The notes below the pieces were generated by a model. That model was given only the letters and a program-made list of their open reading frames with translations. It was not told where the DNA came from and did not search any database. Position numbers and translations under genes: made by a program. Of a stretch of DNA of 64,000 nucleotides, positions 59,684 through 64,000 are shown piece after piece; the first letter of the stretch is position 1, and every line of letters begins with the position of its first letter. Source of the stretch: Planctomycetota bacterium (GTDB taxonomy: Bacteria > Planctomycetota > UBA8108 > SXIK01); contig OZ244999.1 of NCBI GenBank assembly GCA_965223265.1, positions 9,088,001 through 9,152,000 on the forward strand. Reading direction: 5' to 3'.

Positions 59684-60853
59684 ATGAAGATTGCCATCTG
59701 CCACACGCAACTCAGCAGCGTCGGAGGGTCCGAACGCTATATCTGGTTCTTGCTCAATCGCCTCCTCGGCGATGGCCATGAGATCCACTACTACTGTGCA
59801 CGCCAGCGCGATCCCCTCGAGCATCCGCGGCTGCATCTGCACCACGTCGCCCGGGCCCGGGGCGTGCGCTCGCTCAAGGTGATGTCGTTTGCCCACAACT
59901 CGGCTCGTCAGCTGAGCGGTGATGGTCCGTTCGATGTGATCCACGGCTTTAGCAAGACGTGGTTTCAGGATGTCTACACCGATGGTAGTGGGCTGCAGTC
60001 AGTGTACCGGGACTATCTGGCGCGCGATGTTGGTCCCTGTCGGCGTCTTATGCGTCGCCACGCACCGTATCAGCATGCTGTTGACTTGTGCGAGCGACGT
60101 CGATTCAAACGTGGGAACTTCGTCAAGATCCTCACCATGAGCCGATTCGTCAAGGAACAGATTCAGGAGGCTTACGGACTAGACGACAGCGAAGTGGAAG
60201 TCCTCTACAACGGAATCGACTGTGGTCAGTTCACCCCCCAAGGGCGCGCCGAGGAGCGCGGGTGCGTGCGGCGCGAGATCTCGATTCCTCCAGAGGCGTT
60301 TGTTGTGCTTTTCATCGGGAGCGACTACGCGCGGAAGAACCTGGCGCTCATGCTACGGGCGTTGGCGCTACTGGGCGGAACTCCCGACACGCACCTGATG
60401 ATCTGTGGGCGCGACAATCACGAGGCTGCGTTTCGGCGTCGCGCCGAAGAGAGGAACTTGGGGTCGCGATGCCACTTTCTCGGCATGCAGAAAGACGTCA
60501 AACGTTTTCTTAGCGCCGCAGATCTTCTGGTCCTCCCGAGCTACTACGACGTCTTCGGCATGGTCGCTCTCGAGGCGATGGCGTGCGGTGTACCGCCTAT
60601 CGTGAGTTCCGCCGCCGGGGCCAGCGAGATCATCTCTACCGGAGAGGATGGGGCTGTACTCACGGAGCTCGAGGACCCCGCGCAGCTCGCTGGGCACATC
60701 AGATCTTTTCAGGACCGAGAGCATCTTGCGAATGCTTCCGCACGAGCTCGTCAGACCGCGCTTGAGTACGATTGGGCGAACCACATGCGGCGGCTCTACG
60801 CGGTGTACGAGCACGTCGCAGCGACGAAGCACGCCGGCGCTCCTGGACGTTGA
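59684..60853 (+). CDS. GT4 family glycosyltransferase (WaaG/RfaG-like)
   Basis: GGSERY, VLYNGID, FIG..Y.RKN, ADLLVLPSYYDVFGMVALEAMACGVP. Confidence 0.9.
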   Translation: MKIAICHTQLSSVGGSERYIWFLLNRLLGDGHEIHYYCARQRDPLEHPRLHLHHVARARGVRSLKVMSFAHNSARQLSGDGPFDVIHGFSKTWFQDVYTDGSGLQSVYRDYLARDVGPCRRLMRRHAPYQHAVDLCERRRFKRGNFVKILTMSRFVKEQIQEAYGLDDSEVEVLYNGIDCGQFTPQGRAEERGCVRREISIPPEAFVVLFIGSDYARKNLALMLRALALLGGTPDTHLMICGRDNHEAAFRRRAEERNLGSRCHFLGMQKDVKRFLSAADLLVLPSYYDVFGMVALEAMACGVPPIVSSAAGASEIISTGEDGAVLTELEDPAQLAGHIRSFQDREHLANASARARQTALEYDWANHMRRLYAVYEHVAATKHAGAPGR

Positions 60854-60915
60854 CCGGGGCTGCGGCGACCGCGGTCCTGCGCGAAACGGGTATCAAACTC
60901 GAGGTCAACAGGCTG

Positions 60916-62361
60916 TTAAGCGAGGATTCCCTCGACCACGTGGCCGTGGACGTCCGTGAGGCGGAAGTCGCGTCCTTGGAAGCGGAACGTGAGCCTGCGG
61001 TGATCGATGCCGAGTAGGTGGAGCACGGTTGCGTGAACGTCGTGCACGGGGACGACGTCTTCGACGGCGTTGTAACCGAGGTCGTCGGTGGCGCCGTAGG
61101 AGATTCCGCCCTTGATGCCGCCTCCGGCCATCCACATCGAGAATCCCTTCATGTGGTGGTCTCTGCCTGACCCCTGCGCCATCGGCGTGCGGCCGAACTC
61201 TCCGCCCCAGATCACGAGCGTTTCGTCGAGCAGTCCACGCTGGCGCAAATCGCGCAGCAGGGCTGCCGACGCTTGATCGACCTCACCGGCGGAGACGCGG
61301 CTGTTTCGCTTGATGCCGCCGTGGTGGTCCCAGGCGCGATGGTAGACCTGGACGAAGCGAACGCCGCGCTCCACAAGCCGCCGCGCCAGCAGGCAGTTTG
61401 CGGCGAAAGAGCCATCGGCGCCTTTGGTGCCGTACAGGTCGAGCGTTTTCGTTGATTCGCCGCTGAGATCCATGAGGTCCGGTACCGAGGACTGCATGCG
61501 GAATGCCATCTCGTACTGGGAGATGCGAGTTGCAATCTCCGGATCTTGCACAAGGTTTTGCTGTAGAGCGTTGAGCGACTGGACCGCGCTGACGACGTCT
61601 CGTTGTCGCTTTCTGGTCACTCCCTTGGGATTGCCGACATAGAGCACGGGGTCGCCGGTCGATCGAAACTCGACGCCTTGAAATCGACTCGGTAGGAAAC
61701 CGCTGTGCCACTGACGGGCAGCGATCGGCTGAGCTTGTCCAGCCTTGCCGACCGACGTCAGCACCACGAAGCCGGGGAGCTGGTCCGTCTCGGCGCCTAG
61801 ACCGTAGAGAAGCCACGAGCCCATTGAGGGGCGACCAGAAATCGTCGTCCCGGTGTTCATGAAGGTGTGAGCCGGGTCGTGGTTGATTGCTTCTGTCTTC
61901 AGTGACCGGATCACACAGATCTCGTCGGCGACCGATCCGATGTGAGGAAAGATTTCACTGAGCTGCTGGCCGCTCGTACCGACACGCCGAAATTCATGCT
62001 GCGGCGCGAAACAAGTCAACTTGCGATTCTGAAGCTGCGCGATCGGCTGTCCTTTGGTGAAGGACTCGGGCATCGGTTGACCGTGCATCTCGGCGAGCTT
62101 CGGTTTGTAGTCGAGTGTTTCGAGATGCGACGGGCCGCCCGCCATGTAGAGGTGAATGATTCGTTTGCATCGAGCCCGCGGCACGGGTTTGAGAACACCT
62201 TCCCATTTTGGGACGGAGACGCCGGCGATGGCGCTCTCAGCACCTTGCCCTAAGCGTCCTGCGAGCATCGAGACGAGTGTGGCGAACCCTATGCTCGAGC
62301 GGCCAAGGAACGCGCGCCGCGACAGTTCGGAGATCGAGTGAGTCGAATGAGCGGGGGACAT
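60916..62361 (-). CDS. DUF1501 domain protein (Tat-like signal)
   Basis: SRRAFL, IIHLYMAGGPSHLETLDYKP, WGGEFGRTP, GRDHH, RLTDVHG. ATG 62361 lies 1 nt after the upstream stop. Confidence 0.93.
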   Translation of the reverse strand: MSPAHSTHSISELSRRAFLGRSSIGFATLVSMLAGRLGQGAESAIAGVSVPKWEGVLKPVPRARCKRIIHLYMAGGPSHLETLDYKPKLAEMHGQPMPESFTKGQPIAQLQNRKLTCFAPQHEFRRVGTSGQQLSEIFPHIGSVADEICVIRSLKTEAINHDPAHTFMNTGTTISGRPSMGSWLLYGLGAETDQLPGFVVLTSVGKAGQAQPIAARQWHSGFLPSRFQGVEFRSTGDPVLYVGNPKGVTRKRQRDVVSAVQSLNALQQNLVQDPEIATRISQYEMAFRMQSSVPDLMDLSGESTKTLDLYGTKGADGSFAANCLLARRLVERGVRFVQVYHRAWDHHGGIKRNSRVSAGEVDQASAALLRDLRQRGLLDETLVIWGGEFGRTPMAQGSGRDHHMKGFSMWMAGGGIKGGISYGATDDLGYNAVEDVVPVHDVHATVLHLLGIDHRRLTFRFQGRDFRLTDVHGHVVEGILA

Positions 62362-62362
62362 T

Positions 62363-64000
62363 TCAGTTCCTCGTGATCGATTCATGCAGGTTGAGGAGCA
62401 CACGCGTTGCCGAGGTCCACGCTGCAAGCTGCACTGCGTCGAGACGTGCATCAGCGGCTCGGTCGCCGACGCTCAACAGCTCGGCGGCTGCGTTTGGATC
62501 AGATTCGTAGGCCGAGAGGTGCTCGCTAAAGATAGGGAACAGCACGTCGATTTCGCGGTTCAGCGGCGCGCGCTGCAGGACGAGTCGATAGGCGATTTCG
62601 ATGCCGCGTTTGAACGTATCACGATCCGCGCCGTCGCCGACCTCGCGGAGTACGCGTTCGGCGAGAAACCTTGCTGACTCGACGTAGGTCGGATCGTTGA
62701 GCAGTACGAGCGCTTGCTGCGGCGTGTTGGAGCGAGGTCGATCGACGGTGCACTCCTCTCGCGACGGTGCATCGAAGGCGAGGAGGCTCGGGTGCAGGAA
62801 GGTGCGGGCCCAATAGGTGTAGAGGCCGCGTCGGTAGAGATTCTCGCCGGTATCCTTTTCGTAGACACGTTTCGGAAAGTTGAGGTGCGCCCAGTAGCCG
62901 GCCGGTTGGTAGGGCCTGGCGCTGGGACCACCGATGCGGCGCGACAAGAGGCCGCTGACCGCGAGTGCGTTGTCGCGCACCATCTCGGCGTCGAGGCGGA
63001 ATCTTCCTTGACGTGCCAGAAGATAGTTGAACGGATCGCGCTCTTGGAGCGCTGGTGACGCCAACGACGACTGGCGATAGGTGGCCGACATGACGATGAG
63101 TTTCACTGTATGTTTGATGTCCCAGCCACTCGAAATGAAATCGGTCGCTAACCAGTCGAGGAGGTCGGGATGGCTCGGCCAGCTCCCCTGCGATCCGAAG
63201 TCATCGGACGTCGCGACGAGCCCTTGTCCGAAGAGAAGTTTCCATAGTCGATTGACGAATACGCGCGCCACGAGTGGGTTCTCCGGCGCGACAAGCCAGT
63301 TGGCGAGATCCATGCGCGTGGCGCGATCGGCGCCCGTTTGCAGCGACGGAAGCGCGGACGGCACGTCCGGTTTCACTGGCGTTCCAGATTCATCCAGCCA
63401 GTTGCCGCGCGGAAGAACGCGCGTCACTCGAGGCTCTCCAGACATCGAGACGAGAGATCGAGGCATCGCCGCTTCGATGGTGGTACGATCGGCTTCAAGG
63501 CGAGCGATCTTGTCACGGACGGAGCGCAGAAGTGGGGTGAGTGTACGGAAGAGCGCCGCGAGCTTGCGTTGATCTTCTTCGCTACGCTGCGCCTTCGGCG
63601 CCTCTAAGATTTTGTCCAAGCCGTCGGGAAGGCCGTCGGCGCTGGCACCCGGAGCGAGAACCGGCCGCGCGGCAGCCGTGCCTGAGATGCGGAACCTCCT
63701 CAGCAGCCGTCCGGCTTGGTCCTGTACGACCGTGACGACCAGTTCGTCGGTGTCGTCGTTGCTCGCGCCGCCTGCAGCTTCGTCTGCTGCCGCACCCAGA
63801 AGCTCGGAGATCTCAAAGACGGCGATGGCGCGGTTCGCGGCGTCGGCCTCTACCGTCCAGCCGGTGTCGCGTTTGGAATCGATCGCGGCCGCCGCCGCGT
63901 TCTCGTCGACGCCCGCCGTCGCGGTGGCGCGCGACCACTGCAGCTGCTGTCCGTTGAGCGTGGCGCGGATCTCAGTGACGACGAACGCCGCGGCGGTGTC
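62363..64000 (-). CDS. PSD1/DUF1553 planctomycete protein, 5'-truncated
   Basis: Frame is open to the window end. RGNW, NPLVARVFVNRLW, HPDLLDWLA, RRGLYT, SNTPQQAL.LLND. Confidence 0.9.
   Translation of the reverse strand, partial: DTAAAFVVTEIRATLNGQQLQWSRATATAGVDENAAAAAIDSKRDTGWTVEADAANRAIAVFEISELLGAAADEAAGGASNDDTDELVVTVVQDQAGRLLRRFRISGTAAARPVLAPGASADGLPDGLDKILEAPKAQRSEEDQRKLAALFRTLTPLLRSVRDKIARLEADRTTIEAAMPRSLVSMSGEPRVTRVLPRGNWLDESGTPVKPDVPSALPSLQTGADRATRMDLANWLVAPENPLVARVFVNRLWKLLFGQGLVATSDDFGSQGSWPSHPDLLDWLATDFISSGWDIKHTVKLIVMSATYRQSSLASPALQERDPFNYLLARQGRFRLDAEMVRDNALAVSGLLSRRIGGPSARPYQPAGYWAHLNFPKRVYEKDTGENLYRRGLYTYWARTFLHPSLLAFDAPSREECTVDRPRSNTPQQALVLLNDPTYVESARFLAERVLREVGDGADRDTFKRGIEIAYRLVLQRAPLNREIDVLFPIFSEHLSAYESDPNAAAELLSVGDRAADARLDAVQLAAWTSATRVLLNLHESITRN

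Overview
GC-rich bacterial window, very probably from a Planctomycetota genome: it has three DUF1501 genes, two PSD1/DUF1553 cytochrome-c genes, a TIGR02999-type ECF sigma factor, a sulfatase and a PQQ-like propeller. Most of it is housekeeping or typical planctomycete content (hemF, trpS, tex, ligA, panF, lemA/htpX, an acyl-CoA dehydrogenase, glycosyltransferases). Three loci stand out. (1) A 62-aa Pup/UBact-like ORF ending in ...AYVYAYDVGRGAE lies directly upstream of a divergent PafA/Dop-family gene carrying a membrane-spanning insertion, suggesting membrane-anchored pupylation-like tagging with no proteasome genes in the window. (2) Two convergent cassettes each contain a ~170-nt structured leader (identical 41-nt core, covarying stems), a 107-aa four-helix-bundle (Avd/23S-IVP family) gene, a 3' hairpin and flanking hexamer-period repeats. 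(3) An operon at 1-11165 combines a HEAT-repeat-fused CapB/PgsB ligase, a PGA-hydrolase-like enzyme and a giant helical-repeat/beta-barrel-like protein, a candidate diderm poly-gamma-glutamate synthesis and export system. All calls come from motif recognition by eye; no database searches were run. No rRNA, tRNA or CRISPR array was recognised.
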